The notes beneath the pieces were generated by a model. The model had not been told where the DNA came from. It did no database searches and worked only from the letters and a program-made list of their open reading frames with translations. 64,000 nucleotides of DNA from an uncultured Candidatus Actinomarina sp. (GTDB lineage Bacteria; Actinomycetota; Acidimicrobiia; Actinomarinales; Actinomarinaceae): positions 35,098 to 99,097 of the forward strand of contig CACPPU010000001.1 in NCBI GenBank assembly GCA_902635945.1, given 5' to 3'. Numbering within the stretch: position 1 is the stretch's first letter; each line of letters opens with the position of its first letter. The position numbers and the translations under genes were made by a program. This document shows positions 39,188-50,204 of the stretch, one piece after another.

Positions 39188-40065
39188 ACGAGTACTTTCT
39201 CTGGTTTGTAATATTTCTCATTAAAAGGTTTATAAATTGCCACAATATTGTTCTCGATAGATATTATATAATTTTCTTCATTTGAAAACATATTTCTAGG
39301 TAGAAGTTGACCATTCTTAATTGTTTCATGCATTTCCACATCTAGTTCAATTTTTGGCAGATTAATAACTTCTGCCCAATCTAATGACATTATTTTTGAG
39401 TTGTGATTTATAGCTTCAACATTTGTATTTAGATTTTTATGATTAATATTTAAATTACCAACGGCTGTCCTTGTAAGAGTATCTACTATTGCATAAGTAT
39501 TCAGATACTCACCTAATTGTTGAACAATGCTTCTTATATATGTTCCCTTGCTAACAGTTATCTCAAAAGTGGCTTTGTTATCTAATGCTTCTAACAATTC
39601 TGTTCTTTCTACAAATATTTTTCTATTAGGAATTTCTACATCTTGATTTTGACGTGCATATTTATATAATCGTTTTCCTTTTACTTTAATTGCTGAATAA
39701 ATTGGTGGAGTCTGGGTAGACTCACCAACCAAATTAGTTAGAAATTCTTGTATTTGAGGTTTCAACTGTTCTGCACTTATATCATCATGTTTTGTAATTT
39801 CTGAGTCAACATCAAGAGTTGGAGAAGAATAACCTAATATAGCAATTACTTTATAAGTTTTATTTGTGTTGTCTATGTAATCAAATAATTTTGTATACCC
39901 ATTAGTAGCAAGAAGCATTAAACCATCCGCGTTTGGATCTAAGGTACCTGAGTGACCTACTTTTTTAAATTTAAAATTTTTTTTTAATTTAGTACATAGA
40001 TCTTGAGAGGTCCATGTTTTTGGTTTGTCTAATAGATAAAAGTTAGACTTGTGACTTAATTGCAT
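39184..40065 (-). CDS. truB: tRNA pseudouridine(55) synthase
   Basis: KVGHSGTLDP, PPIYSAIKVKG..LY..AR, SKGTYIRS. Confidence 0.97.
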   Translation of the reverse strand: MQLSHKSNFYLLDKPKTWTSQDLCTKLKKNFKFKKVGHSGTLDPNADGLMLLATNGYTKLFDYIDNTNKTYKVIAILGYSSPTLDVDSEITKHDDISAEQLKPQIQEFLTNLVGESTQTPPIYSAIKVKGKRLYKYARQNQDVEIPNRKIFVERTELLEALDNKATFEITVSKGTYIRSIVQQLGEYLNTYAIVDTLTRTAVGNLNINHKNLNTNVEAINHNSKIMSLDWAEVINLPKIELDVEMHETIKNGQLLPRNMFSNEENYIISIENNIVAIYKPFNEKYYKPEKVLV

Positions 40066-40984
40066 TCTTAACTTTATTTTTTATTTCTTCCATACTTAAA
40101 TTTGTAGAAAATCCAGACGCTGCTTTATGTCCACCGCCACCAAACAGAGAAGCAATCTGTTGCACATCTAATTCATTGCGAGACCTCAAGCTTCCTTTAA
40201 ATGATTTATCTTCTTGTTCTTTTAACAATAACGCCACACTTGATTCTTTCACCAATCTAATAGAATCAATTAAAAAATCTGTTTCAGAAGATTCAATGTT
40301 GTAATTGAGATAATCTTCTTGTAAAACATACGAAACAACCAATTCTTCTTCTTTATGTAATTCAATTCTGTTTAACACTTCACTTTGTAGTTTGATTGCA
40401 TTCATAGGAATAGACCCATAGATATTATCACTTATACTTGTAAGCTCAGCACCACTTAACATTAGTTTTGATGCGATTTCAAATACTTCATTATCTGTAT
40501 TTGAATATTGAAATCTACCTGTATCAGTGATTAATCCTGTCATAAGACAATTGGCGATATTTTTATCGATGTCAATATTTGCAGAAAGAATTTCTCTGAA
40601 TAGTACTTGTGTAGTACTAGCCGCTTTTGAATCAATTATCTGAATATCACCAAAAGAAGGATTGATATGATGATCTACTACAATTACTCTTTTAGCATTT
40701 AATGCTAAATCTTCTAAATCACCAAGCCTTTCTGAGTTTCCACAATCAAAAACATATATACTGTCATAATTTTTCTTTGGCTTATCCAAAATCAATTCAA
40801 TAGGTAAATGATTTAAATTAGAGGGAACGTTACCTTTCATATCAAAAGATACGTCGGAATCTATGCCTTTGCTGTCCAGTATTAATTTAAAAGCTAAAGC
40901 GGAACCTAAAGCATCACCGTCAGGGTTGATATGGCCTGTAATTAAATTAGAAGAATCTTTAATGTCTTCAAAAAGTTTACTCAT
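40043..40984 (-). CDS. nrnA: DHH/DHHA1 oligoribonuclease/pAp phosphatase
   Basis: HINPDGDALGS, VDHH, TDTGRF, SLRS, GGGGH..A. Confidence 0.93.
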   Translation of the reverse strand: MSKLFEDIKDSSNLITGHINPDGDALGSALAFKLILDSKGIDSDVSFDMKGNVPSNLNHLPIELILDKPKKNYDSIYVFDCGNSERLGDLEDLALNAKRVIVVDHHINPSFGDIQIIDSKAASTTQVLFREILSANIDIDKNIANCLMTGLITDTGRFQYSNTDNEVFEIASKLMLSGAELTSISDNIYGSIPMNAIKLQSEVLNRIELHKEEELVVSYVLQEDYLNYNIESSETDFLIDSIRLVKESSVALLLKEQEDKSFKGSLRSRNELDVQQIASLFGGGGHKAASGFSTNLSMEEIKNKVKNAIKSQV

Positions 40985-41327
40985 TCTCAGCAGTCCTATC
41001 TAACAGTTCATTGATTCTTAGAACATTATTAAATGTGCTATCTACTTCAAAAATGATTTTTGGTACATTTTTAGTTGTCATTTCTCTTGCTAATACTTTT
41101 TGAATTTTTGTTCTATTTTTCTCAAGTGCAGTTTTTAAAGAGCCTTCATTACCATCGAGTGTTGAAACAAATACCATTGATTTCTTTAAATCTGGTGAAG
41201 TAGAAACATGAGTAATAGTTGCTTTGTTTAGGACTGGATCAGAATTTCTTAAAAGTGCGCTTGAGATAATTTTTTGAATGAGGGGGTTTATTCTATTTAT
41301 TCTTCCACCACGTGTTTGATTACTCAT
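40977..41327 (-). CDS. rbfA: ribosome-binding factor A
   Basis: ITHVSTSPDL, VPKIIFEVD; position after infB. Confidence 0.93.
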   Translation of the reverse strand: MSNQTRGGRINRINPLIQKIISSALLRNSDPVLNKATITHVSTSPDLKKSMVFVSTLDGNEGSLKTALEKNRTKIQKVLAREMTTKNVPKIIFEVDSTFNNVLRINELLDRTAENE

Positions 41328-41336
41328 CGTTTTTTT

Positions 41337-43346
41337 CTAAACTTCTACTTCTCCAAGTATCTCTATTGTGTCGCCTTCTTTAATATCTTTATAATCTGAA
41401 AGACCAATACCGCACTCAAGACCTTCATTAACGACTTCAACATTGTCTTTAAATCTTCTTAATGAAACAATGGTACCCTCATAAATTACTACACCGTCTC
41501 TTAGTAGTCGTGCCTTTGCGTCGAGCTCTACTTTACCTTCAGAAACTACAGAACCAGCAACTACACCAACTTTTGGTGCACGGAATGTAGTTTTAACTTC
41601 AACCATACCAATAATTGCTTCTTCAGTTTTTATAGTCATTTGTCCAAGTACAGCTTCAGAAATATCGTCTAGCAATTCATAAATAATGTTGTATGTTCTT
41701 ACGTCAATACCTTTGCTTTGAGCCATGTTTCTTGCCTGGCTATCAGGTCTTACATTAAAACCAATAATAAGTGACTCTGTAGCACTGGCTAAATCAACAT
41801 CAGATAATACAATTCCCCCTACTGCTGAGTGAACTACTTGGATATTTACATCATCTGTTGCTAATTTGTTTATTCCATCTTTAATTGCTTCAACTGAACC
41901 ATTGGTGTCAGCTTTTAAAATTACATTTACTGTATTTAACTCACCTTCTTGTAAAAGTTTCATCATGTCACTAACTCGTGACTCAACTGAAAATGATGAG
42001 TTGTCATGCTCTTTTAATTTAGTTTTATTTTCTTCAGCTTTTGCCTTAGCCTCTTTTTGATTTTTAACAGCAACAAATTGATCCCCTGCAGTTGGTGATT
42101 CATCCCAGCCTATAATATCTATCGGAGAGCCTGGCTCTACAGACTTTACTGTTTTATTATTGTGATCAAACATTGACTTCACTCTACAAAATGCCTGACC
42201 AGCATAAAGAAAATCACCTTGTTTTAGAGTACCTCTTGTAACTATTACCGTAGCAACATTACCTCTACCTACTTCCATGCGTGATTCAACAATATACCCA
42301 GAAGCATTTGTATTATAATTTGCTTTTAGTTCTTCTATTTCTGCTACGAGTGCAAGTGTTTCAAGCAAATCATCAACTCCATCACCTTTAAGTGCGGAAA
42401 CTTCAACTACAGGTGTATCTCCACCTAAGTCTTCAGAAATTACTTCATATTTTGTAAGCTCAGCTTTAATCATAGATGGATTAGCTTCAGGTAGATCACA
42501 CTTATTTATGGCGACAACTATAGGTACATCTGCAGCTTTTGAGTGGTTGATCGCTTCAATTGTTTGAGGCATTACTCCATCATCGGCAGCTACTACTAAA
42601 ACAACTATATCAGTAACATTTGCACCCCTAGCTCTCATTTGTGTAAATGCTTCGTGACCAGGGGTATCAATAAAAGTAATTCCAGACTCTCCAGTATCTA
42701 CTTTATAAGCTCCAACGTGTTGTGTTATACCACCAGCCTCACCATCTGCAACTTTTTCATTTCTTATATAATCCAACAAGCTAGTTTTACCATGGTCCAC
42801 ATGACCCATAACTGTAATTATTGGTGCTCTTAAATTTAATTTATCTGGATCGTCTTCAAAATCTTGAAATTCAATAATATCTTCTCTTGAAATTGTTACT
42901 TCATCTATCAAATCAGGAATTAGATTGTACTTTTCAAAAAGCTTTTCTATATCACTATCATCTAATGGTGTATCTATAGCTTTCATTATTCCTAGACCCA
43001 TTAAATCACCAACAATTTGTGTGGCTTCAACTTCTATAAGTGAGCTAATTTTTTCTGGAGATGAATTTCTGGAAACTTCAATAATCTGTACGTCATCTTC
43101 TACAACTTCTTCAGATTCTGCTTCTGGTTCAACCTGAATAGCTTCTTCTTGTTCAGAGACCTCCTCAGATTCAACTTCAGGTTCATCTTCTGGCATCAAA
43201 GCTAATTTAACTAATTCTTCTTCCTCTTCAGTTAATCCAGATGATGCAGTTTTTACTTCTATACCAAGCTCTTTTGCTTGATGCAAAATGTCAGCTGATG
43301 CTAAATCAAGTTCCTTTGCGATTTGATGAATTCGCTTTTTAGCCAT
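41337..43346 (-). CDS. infB: translation initiation factor IF-2
   Basis: MGHVDHGKTS, GGITQH, DTPGHEAF, NKCD. Confidence 0.99.
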   Translation of the reverse strand: MAKKRIHQIAKELDLASADILHQAKELGIEVKTASSGLTEEEEELVKLALMPEDEPEVESEEVSEQEEAIQVEPEAESEEVVEDDVQIIEVSRNSSPEKISSLIEVEATQIVGDLMGLGIMKAIDTPLDDSDIEKLFEKYNLIPDLIDEVTISREDIIEFQDFEDDPDKLNLRAPIITVMGHVDHGKTSLLDYIRNEKVADGEAGGITQHVGAYKVDTGESGITFIDTPGHEAFTQMRARGANVTDIVVLVVAADDGVMPQTIEAINHSKAADVPIVVAINKCDLPEANPSMIKAELTKYEVISEDLGGDTPVVEVSALKGDGVDDLLETLALVAEIEELKANYNTNASGYIVESRMEVGRGNVATVIVTRGTLKQGDFLYAGQAFCRVKSMFDHNNKTVKSVEPGSPIDIIGWDESPTAGDQFVAVKNQKEAKAKAEENKTKLKEHDNSSFSVESRVSDMMKLLQEGELNTVNVILKADTNGSVEAIKDGINKLATDDVNIQVVHSAVGGIVLSDVDLASATESLIIGFNVRPDSQARNMAQSKGIDVRTYNIIYELLDDISEAVLGQMTIKTEEAIIGMVEVKTTFRAPKVGVVAGSVVSEGKVELDAKARLLRDGVVIYEGTIVSLRRFKDNVEVVNEGLECGIGLSDYKDIKEGDTIEILGEVEV

Positions 43347-44381
43347 TTACTCTTCCTCTTTTGACGCACTCTCTTCATCGTCAGATTCCTCTATTTGTGG
43401 AGAGTCTCCAAGTCCTTCTATATCTATTTTATATCCAGTTAATTTTGCAGCTAATCGAGCATTTTGGCCTTCTTTTCCTATTGCTAAGGAAAGTTGACTA
43501 TCTTTTACAACTACTCTTGCTGTTTTTAAATCTTCATCAATTTCAACTTCGTCAATATCAGCAGGCCCAAGAGCTTCTTTGATGAACCTTACTTTATCTT
43601 CTCTCCATTCAACAACATCAAGTTTTTCTCCTCGTAGTTCATTGACTATCTGCCTTACACGATTACCTCTCGAACCAACACATGCACCTTTTGGGTCAAC
43701 ATTAGGATCATTAGAGAAAACTGCAATCTTAGTTCTACTTCCCGGTTCTCTTGCTATTGCTCTAAGTTCAACAGTACCATCAGTTAGTTCTGGAACCTCT
43801 AATTCGAGCATTCTTTGGACAAATTCAGCTTTACTTCTGCTTACGATAATTGGAATACCTTTAGCATCTTCCCTTACTTCAGTAATTAAAGCTTTGACTC
43901 TATTTCCTCTTTCGAGACGCTCGAATGGTACTCTTTCACCAGATGGAATAACAGCTTCTGCATCTTGTAGGTCCAAAATTGTTTGATTAAATCTAGGATC
44001 AAATTGAGTTACTATTCCAGTAATAAGTTCACCCTCTCTGCCGATATATGCATCTAAAACAGTAGCTCTTTTTGCATCACGAATTTTTGTAGTCATCATT
44101 TGCTTGAAGGATTGTGCAGCTATTCTTCCAAATTCATCTTCATCAAGCTCTACTTTCCACTCTTCAATAACGTTTCCTTCATTATCTAATTCTTGAGCGT
44201 AAATTAATACTTCACCACTATCTGGATTTAATGTAACTCTTGCTTCTTCTGCCGCCCCAGGAATCCTCATATATGCAGATCTAAAAGCAGACACTAAAGC
44301 TTCATACATACTTTCTACAGCGACACCCTTATCCAGTGCTAAAGATTCAATTGCTTGTTTGCTATCACTTCCTAATTTCAT
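43347..44381 (-). CDS. nusA: transcription termination factor NusA
   Basis: FGRIAAQ, AREPGSRTKIAV, LSLAIGKEGQNARLA. Confidence 0.98.
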   Translation of the reverse strand: MKLGSDSKQAIESLALDKGVAVESMYEALVSAFRSAYMRIPGAAEEARVTLNPDSGEVLIYAQELDNEGNVIEEWKVELDEDEFGRIAAQSFKQMMTTKIRDAKRATVLDAYIGREGELITGIVTQFDPRFNQTILDLQDAEAVIPSGERVPFERLERGNRVKALITEVREDAKGIPIIVSRSKAEFVQRMLELEVPELTDGTVELRAIAREPGSRTKIAVFSNDPNVDPKGACVGSRGNRVRQIVNELRGEKLDVVEWREDKVRFIKEALGPADIDEVEIDEDLKTARVVVKDSQLSLAIGKEGQNARLAAKLTGYKIDIEGLGDSPQIEESDDEESASKEEE

Positions 44382-44383
44382 AA

Positions 44384-44857
44384 TTATCCCTTTACTCTTT
44401 CTTTAAATTGTTTAAATTCTATTTTTGCGTTCTTAATGTTTGAAAAACTAATTTCAATTTCAGTTAGCTCTGTTTTTAAAACTATAATTTCTTTTCCAAC
44501 TGAAACAAGGTCCCCTTCAAATGTATAAACATCATTTATTGGATCAAATAATTTAACTTTTATTAACTCTCCTATTGAAAGTTCAAAATGCCTAAAGGAT
44601 TTAAGTTTTCTTTCAATTCCTGGACTTGAAACAATCATATCGAATGAGCCTTTTTCGAACCCCAGATCTTCGACTAATCTATTTAATTGTCTATTTAATC
44701 TTGCAGTGATGTCGATGTTTACATCTTCAACGGAATATATAAATACTTCAATTTTTGAAATATTTGGAAAATTTACAATGTTAAGATCATAAAGCTCTAA
44801 ATTTTCATCTTTTAGATATGAGTCAATTTGTTGTTGGATTTCGTTTTCAGAAACCAT
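44384..44857 (-). CDS. rimP: ribosome maturation factor RimP
   Basis: VSSPGIERKL; SD GAGGAGG before ATG 44857. Confidence 0.92.
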   Translation of the reverse strand: MVSENEIQQQIDSYLKDENLELYDLNIVNFPNISKIEVFIYSVEDVNIDITARLNRQLNRLVEDLGFEKGSFDMIVSSPGIERKLKSFRHFELSIGELIKVKLFDPINDVYTFEGDLVSVGKEIIVLKTELTEIEISFSNIKNAKIEFKQFKERVKG

Positions 44858-44871
44858 AAAAACCTCCTCAT

Positions 44872-44899
44872 AAAAAAAAGCGGGTTTGACACCCACTTT
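44872..44899 (-). promoter_or_regulatory. rimP leader terminator/attenuator
   Basis: Minus strand AAAGTGGGT-GTCAA-ACCCGCTTT followed by a U run, just upstream of the rimP SD. Confidence 0.8.
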
Positions 44900-44958
44900 A
44901 CGTAGCTAAATTGTCAATCTTTATTATATCAAATATAGAAAGTTATTAAAAGGGATTT

Positions 44959-46389
44959 TTAATAAGCTTTTGAGAAAATAGCTAATTTTCCTTGTGTATT
45001 TTCATTATTTACAGCTTTATCTGTTTTTTCTTCATCTAAAACGTAACACCTAAGCGTAGCTTTGGTTTCTGCTTTAACTTTATCTTCGTCATCACTATTT
45101 TCATCCCAAAAACATGTAACAAAACCTGGATCTCCATTAAGTGTACTTATAAGGTCTTCATATGAATCAACATGTACTGTATTTTCTTTACGAAAATTTT
45201 TCGACGATTCAAGTAAATTATTATGTATATTATCTAAAGTTTCAGAGACTTCAGTACCAACATCATCGAAATTAATATTGAATTTTCCATTAACACCATC
45301 TCTTCTTGAGAAAACAACTGTTTTATTTTCAACATCTCTTGGTCCAATTTCAATTCTTAATGGCACGCCCTTTAATTCCCATTCATTAAATTTAAATCCT
45401 GGAGATATATTATCCCTATCATCTACATAGACTCTGAAACTTTTTCCTAATTCTTCGCTGATTTTATTCGTTGCGTCTAATACTGATCCTTTAGAATCCT
45501 CGTTAGGTGTAATAGGAATAATTACAACCTGGTGTGGTGCTAACTTAGGAGGCAAATTTAAACCCTTATCATCACCATGAGCCATTATTATCATGCCAAT
45601 CAATCTAGTACTTACTCCCCAGCTAGTTTGATAAGGATGTTGTAAATTATTTTCCTCATCTGAAAATTGAATTTCAAAAGCTTTTGAAAAATTTTGGCCT
45701 AATTCGTGTGAAGTTCCAGCTTGTAAAGCTTTCATGTCTTTCATCATTGCTTCAATAGAATATGTTCTGGTAGCACCTGCGAATCTTTCATTTGCTGACT
45801 TTATACCTTTCACAACTGATACCGCAGCTGCATTTTCTGCAAATTCTGAATAAATTTCTAACATCCTAAGAGCTTCTTCGGTTGCTTCAGATTCTGTTGC
45901 ATGAGCTGTATGACCTTCTTGCCATAAAAACTCTGATGTTCTTAAGAATAATCTAGTCCTCATTTCCCAACGAACAACATTAGCCCACTGATTTATCAAC
46001 ATTGGTAAATCTCTATGGCTTTTGATCCATTTTGCAAACATATGATTAATAATTGTTTCTGACGTAGGTCTTACAACTAATGGTTCCTCGAGCTCTTTTC
46101 CACCTGCATGAGTTACCATTGCTAGCTCAGGAGAAAATCCTTCTACATGCTCAGCTTCTTTTTGGATAAATGAATTTGGAATAAATAGCGGAAAATAAGC
46201 ATTTTGATGCCCTGTTTCTTTAAACTTTTTATCCAAATATGATTGCACACTCTCCCAAATAGAATATCCGTATGGTCTAATGACCATGGTTCCTTTTACA
46301 GGTGAATAATCTGCCAATTGAGCTTGTTGAATGATGTCGGTATACCATTCATTAAAATCTTCTGACATTGGAGTAAGCTTTTCAACCAT
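44959..46389 (-). CDS. proS: proline--tRNA ligase (archaeal/eukaryotic type)
   Basis: RPTSET, FLRTSEFLWQEGH, QAGTSHELG, C-terminal KAY; no INS editing domain. Confidence 0.97.
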   Translation of the reverse strand: MVEKLTPMSEDFNEWYTDIIQQAQLADYSPVKGTMVIRPYGYSIWESVQSYLDKKFKETGHQNAYFPLFIPNSFIQKEAEHVEGFSPELAMVTHAGGKELEEPLVVRPTSETIINHMFAKWIKSHRDLPMLINQWANVVRWEMRTRLFLRTSEFLWQEGHTAHATESEATEEALRMLEIYSEFAENAAAVSVVKGIKSANERFAGATRTYSIEAMMKDMKALQAGTSHELGQNFSKAFEIQFSDEENNLQHPYQTSWGVSTRLIGMIIMAHGDDKGLNLPPKLAPHQVVIIPITPNEDSKGSVLDATNKISEELGKSFRVYVDDRDNISPGFKFNEWELKGVPLRIEIGPRDVENKTVVFSRRDGVNGKFNINFDDVGTEVSETLDNIHNNLLESSKNFRKENTVHVDSYEDLISTLNGDPGFVTCFWDENSDDEDKVKAETKATLRCYVLDEEKTDKAVNNENTQGKLAIFSKAY

Positions 46390-46407
46390 GTTTATATATT
46401 AAAGGTT

Positions 46408-47628
46408 TTAATTTTCAATATCTTTATTTGTTGTAATCTCTATTACCGACTTTGTCTTTTGATCAAAATTATTAATATCTCCCTGTATATTTAGCAATTC
46501 TTTTACATCTTCCTCAGCTATTTGAGCTGCATCTGCATCAGCAGCAGCGAGTCTTGCATCGATGCCTTCCTCAGCAATCAATCTTCCTTCTTTTAACAAG
46601 GCGCCAACCATATCTTTCTCATCAACAACTTTTACAACCTGTCCTTTGATGAATAAATGTCCTCTTTTTTTGCCAGCAGCAATACCCAGATCGGCTGACC
46701 TCGCTTCGCCAGGACCATTTACAACACATCCCATAACAGCTACTTGAATTGGAAGGCCTTCTTTTTCAAGAACTTCCTGTGCTTCTGCAGCAATTTTTAT
46801 TACATCAACTTCAGCCCTACCGCAACTAGGGCAAGCTATCAAGTCAAGTGACTTTCTTTCTCTTAGATTTAGGTACTCGAGTAATTGTCGGCCATATTTG
46901 GCTTCTTCTACTGGATCTGTTGTAAGTGACAGTCTTATGGTGTCCCCAATACCTTCAGAAAGAAGTGTAGAAATTCCCGCGATAGATTTAATTAAGCCAC
47001 CAGGTAAAGGACCCGCTTCGGTAACACCTAAATGTAAAGGGTATTCAACTGTTTCGGCAAGAAGTCTATAAGATTCGATCATTAAAGGGACATTAGAATG
47101 TTTTACAGAAATCTTAATATCATGAAAATCAACATCCTCAAGATATCTTGCTTCTAATAATGCGGATTCAACAAGTGCTTCAGGAACAGCATCACCATAT
47201 TTTTCTAGAATATCTTTATCTAAGGAACCTGCATTAACTCCTATACGTATCGGGATATTTGCATTTAAACATTCTCTAGCTACTTCTTTAATTTGTTTTT
47301 CATTTCTAATATTTCCTGGATTTAGCCTTAAACCATCTACACCTGCTTCAACAGCTGCAAGAGCTAATTTATATTGGAAATGAATATCTGCAACAATTGG
47401 TACAGGACTTCTTGCACAAATTTTTACAAGAGATTCTGCAGCTTCTATTTCATTGCATGTAACTCTAACAATATCTGCACCATTATTAGCTAGTTCATAA
47501 ACTTGCCCTAAAGTCTCATCAGTATCTCTAGTTTTCGTAGTTGTCATTGACTGAACAGATACTGGATAGTCAGACCCTACTCCAACTTTTCCAACTTGGA
47601 TTTGCGATGTTTGTCTTCTTTCACTCAT
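46408..47628 (-). CDS. ispG: (E)-4-hydroxy-3-methylbut-2-enyl-diphosphate synthase
   Basis: VSVQSMTTT, VADIHF, RLNPGN, ACPSCGR, MGCVVNGPGE. Confidence 0.98.
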   Translation of the reverse strand: MSERRQTSQIQVGKVGVGSDYPVSVQSMTTTKTRDTDETLGQVYELANNGADIVRVTCNEIEAAESLVKICARSPVPIVADIHFQYKLALAAVEAGVDGLRLNPGNIRNEKQIKEVARECLNANIPIRIGVNAGSLDKDILEKYGDAVPEALVESALLEARYLEDVDFHDIKISVKHSNVPLMIESYRLLAETVEYPLHLGVTEAGPLPGGLIKSIAGISTLLSEGIGDTIRLSLTTDPVEEAKYGRQLLEYLNLRERKSLDLIACPSCGRAEVDVIKIAAEAQEVLEKEGLPIQVAVMGCVVNGPGEARSADLGIAAGKKRGHLFIKGQVVKVVDEKDMVGALLKEGRLIAEEGIDARLAAADADAAQIAEEDVKELLNIQGDINNFDQKTKSVIEITTNKDIEN

Positions 47629-48728
47629 AATCTAATTGGTTGTGTGATATCTAAGTAAAAAGCTGTAATTCCTAAAAATACAAAAATAACAATTACAACA
47701 GCAGCAAGAGGATAGAGTTTCTTATCTGGTATTTTTTTACCAGTAATCCCTTCATAAAGTGCAAGTACGACTCTACCTCCATCTAAGGGTACAAGTGGAA
47801 TAGAGTTGAAAACTGCAAGAAATATATTTACAAATGCTAAGAGGGTAAATAAATTTACATATCCACCTTCAGCAATTTGGTTGCCTGCTTGAGCTAAACC
47901 TATAGGGCTAAGAGGTCTTGCCTCGTCTGGAACAACTTCCCCACTATATGTTCCTAAAAGTGTTTGTAAATTTTGTGGACTAAATAATGTAAATATTCCT
48001 TCAACTGCTGCTTTAGTCATATCAATTTCAACTAATGTTGTTGCAGAAATTGAATCGATAATACCCATCTTTTGATTTTCAATTTTTGGAGAGACACCAA
48101 GGTAACCAGATTCATTATTTGCAATTACTCTTGATTCTAAAATTGCAGTTGTAACATAACTCTGACCATTTCTTGTGTACCCAATAGATACGTTTGAATT
48201 AGGATTTTCTTCTATATAGCCAACTAGTTCTCTCCAGGTTGTAACTTGGTTGCCATTAAAACTTGTTATTATATCACCCTCTTTTAGACCTGCTTTAGAG
48301 GATGGTGCCTCTGAAGATGAATCAGTTGAGGACACTCCAATTGTTTCAATTTGGAGTGTTGGTTGCTCAACGCCATAAAAGGTAAAAATTGAGAAAAGAA
48401 TTAACCAAGCTAACACAAAATTTACAATTATTCCTGATGAAGCAATATAAAGTTTTTTTGTCCAAGAAGCAGTATGGAAAAGTTCATCTGAATCATAACC
48501 CTCAACAGACTCATTTTCATCCATACCGGGAATTTTTACATAACCACCGAGTAAAAGGGCTTTAAGTCCGTACTCTGTATTATTCCTTTTAAACGAAAAT
48601 AACCTTGGTCCAAAACCAACAAAAAATTCAGAAACTGCTATTTTTGATCTTTTTGCTGATATATAGTGACCTAATTCATGCAAAACTACAAAAAGCGTTA
48701 ATAAAGCAATTGTTAAAAATGCGTTCAT
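47625..48728 (-). CDS. rseP: RIP metalloprotease (RseP/M50) with PDZ domain
   Basis: HELGH, GFGP, GGYVK, NSIPLVPLDGG. Confidence 0.94.
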   Translation of the reverse strand: MNAFLTIALLTLFVVLHELGHYISAKRSKIAVSEFFVGFGPRLFSFKRNNTEYGLKALLLGGYVKIPGMDENESVEGYDSDELFHTASWTKKLYIASSGIIVNFVLAWLILFSIFTFYGVEQPTLQIETIGVSSTDSSSEAPSSKAGLKEGDIITSFNGNQVTTWRELVGYIEENPNSNVSIGYTRNGQSYVTTAILESRVIANNESGYLGVSPKIENQKMGIIDSISATTLVEIDMTKAAVEGIFTLFSPQNLQTLLGTYSGEVVPDEARPLSPIGLAQAGNQIAEGGYVNLFTLLAFVNIFLAVFNSIPLVPLDGGRVVLALYEGITGKKIPDKKLYPLAAVVIVIFVFLGITAFYLDITQPIRL

Positions 48729-48747
48729 ATATTAATTATTACACTTA

Positions 48748-49668
48748 TTAAATTAAATCTAAAAACTGTATAAAAAGAACTAAAACAGGAAAACTAAGTA
48801 TTTGAGAATCTACTCTATCTAACACGCCCCCATGACCTGGCAAGAAATCACTCGAATCTTTTACGTCTAATGACCTTTTAATTCTTGATTCAAATAAGTC
48901 ACCTAATACACCAAATAAAATAAAGATTAATGAAATCAGTAAAGTTGGGATAGTTTCTATTTCAAAATTGTTACTTAAAACAATATACATAGCTAATGAA
49001 CCAGTAATTAAACCTGCAAAGAAACCCTCTACTGTTTTATTTGGTGAAATTTCTTTATACAGTTTTCTTTTACCATATCGTCTACCGAATTCATACGCAG
49101 CAATATCAGAAACAGATATAGAAATAAGAGCCAAAAAGGTAAATAAAGCTCCAACATTTTGAAGCACATAACCTATGCAAGCTAAACCCGTACCAAACCA
49201 AATCAAAAATAAGAATGAACTTCCAAATTTTTCATATATCCCATAAGTTACAAAAGTTCCTGTGTAGACAATCACACCTATCGGGAAAATAAAGAGTGGT
49301 ACATGAATATTTTCTAGACCGTAAAAGTATGCAATTACAAGTGGTGCAAGAGATGCATACAGCAGTAAAGGATACGGAATTATTACTCCATAATCAAAAA
49401 TATCAAACCATTCTTTCGTAGAAATTAAAGCAATAAGTATTAATAAAATAAAAGCTGAAGTTTTATTTAAAAACAAAAGGGAAACAACTAATAGTAATCC
49501 TAATCCAGTAAACACCCTTGGATTTGATGTAAACCTATTTCCTTTTTCTTCATTGCCTGTGTCATATTCGCTTGGCAAGCTTTCCTCATCAGGGATTTCA
49601 ATATAACCGGGCCAAAATGTTCCATCGTTGTCAGACTGTAAATACTTATTAAACTTCAAGAAGTTCAT
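48748..49668 (-). CDS. cdsA: phosphatidate cytidylyltransferase
   Basis: SDIAAY, ISPNKTVEG, GDLFES.IKR..VKDS..LPGHGGVLDRVD; start approximate. Confidence 0.95.
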   Translation of the reverse strand: MNFLKFNKYLQSDNDGTFWPGYIEIPDEESLPSEYDTGNEEKGNRFTSNPRVFTGLGLLLVVSLLFLNKTSAFILLILIALISTKEWFDIFDYGVIIPYPLLLYASLAPLVIAYFYGLENIHVPLFIFPIGVIVYTGTFVTYGIYEKFGSSFLFLIWFGTGLACIGYVLQNVGALFTFLALISISVSDIAAYEFGRRYGKRKLYKEISPNKTVEGFFAGLITGSLAMYIVLSNNFEIETIPTLLISLIFILFGVLGDLFESRIKRSLDVKDSSDFLPGHGGVLDRVDSQILSFPVLVLFIQFLDLI

Positions 49669-50200
49669 TTTGCTTTACCGTAAGCAACTCATCAATTTTA
49701 TTTACAAAATTGTCAGTGATGTCTTGTACTTGAGTTTCTAAACGTTTAATTTCATCAGCAGAATGATCATCTTTTAATTTAGATATTTCATCAATTCCAA
49801 ATCTTCTATGAGTCCTAATTGATACTTTTGCATCTTCTGATGCTTTTGATGCAACCTTTCCTAATTCTTTTCTTCTTTCTTCTGAAAGAGCCGGAATAGG
49901 TATACGTACTACTTCGCCGTCATTTGTTGGATTAAGACCTATGTCAGCATTTAATATTGATTTTTCAATTTCATCTAATGAATTTTTGTCAAAAGGTTGA
50001 ATTACTAAAAGCTTTGGATCCGGAACTGATATAGTTGCGAGTTGTTGAAGAGGTGTTTTTGTTCCATAATATTCAACTGTAAGCTTGTCTACTAATGCTG
50101 GGTTTGCTCTTCCAGTTCTTATTGTTGCAAACTCGTCCACTAGATGATTTATAGTAGTGAGCATTTTATTCTCAACTTCTTTGATTAATGTTTCAGACAT
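49649..50200 (-). CDS. frr: ribosome recycling factor
   Basis: IRTGRANP, GLNPTNDG, LSEERRKEL. Confidence 0.98.
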   Translation of the reverse strand: MSETLIKEVENKMLTTINHLVDEFATIRTGRANPALVDKLTVEYYGTKTPLQQLATISVPDPKLLVIQPFDKNSLDEIEKSILNADIGLNPTNDGEVVRIPIPALSEERRKELGKVASKASEDAKVSIRTHRRFGIDEISKLKDDHSADEIKRLETQVQDITDNFVNKIDELLTVKQNELLEV

Positions 50201-50204
50201 AAAT

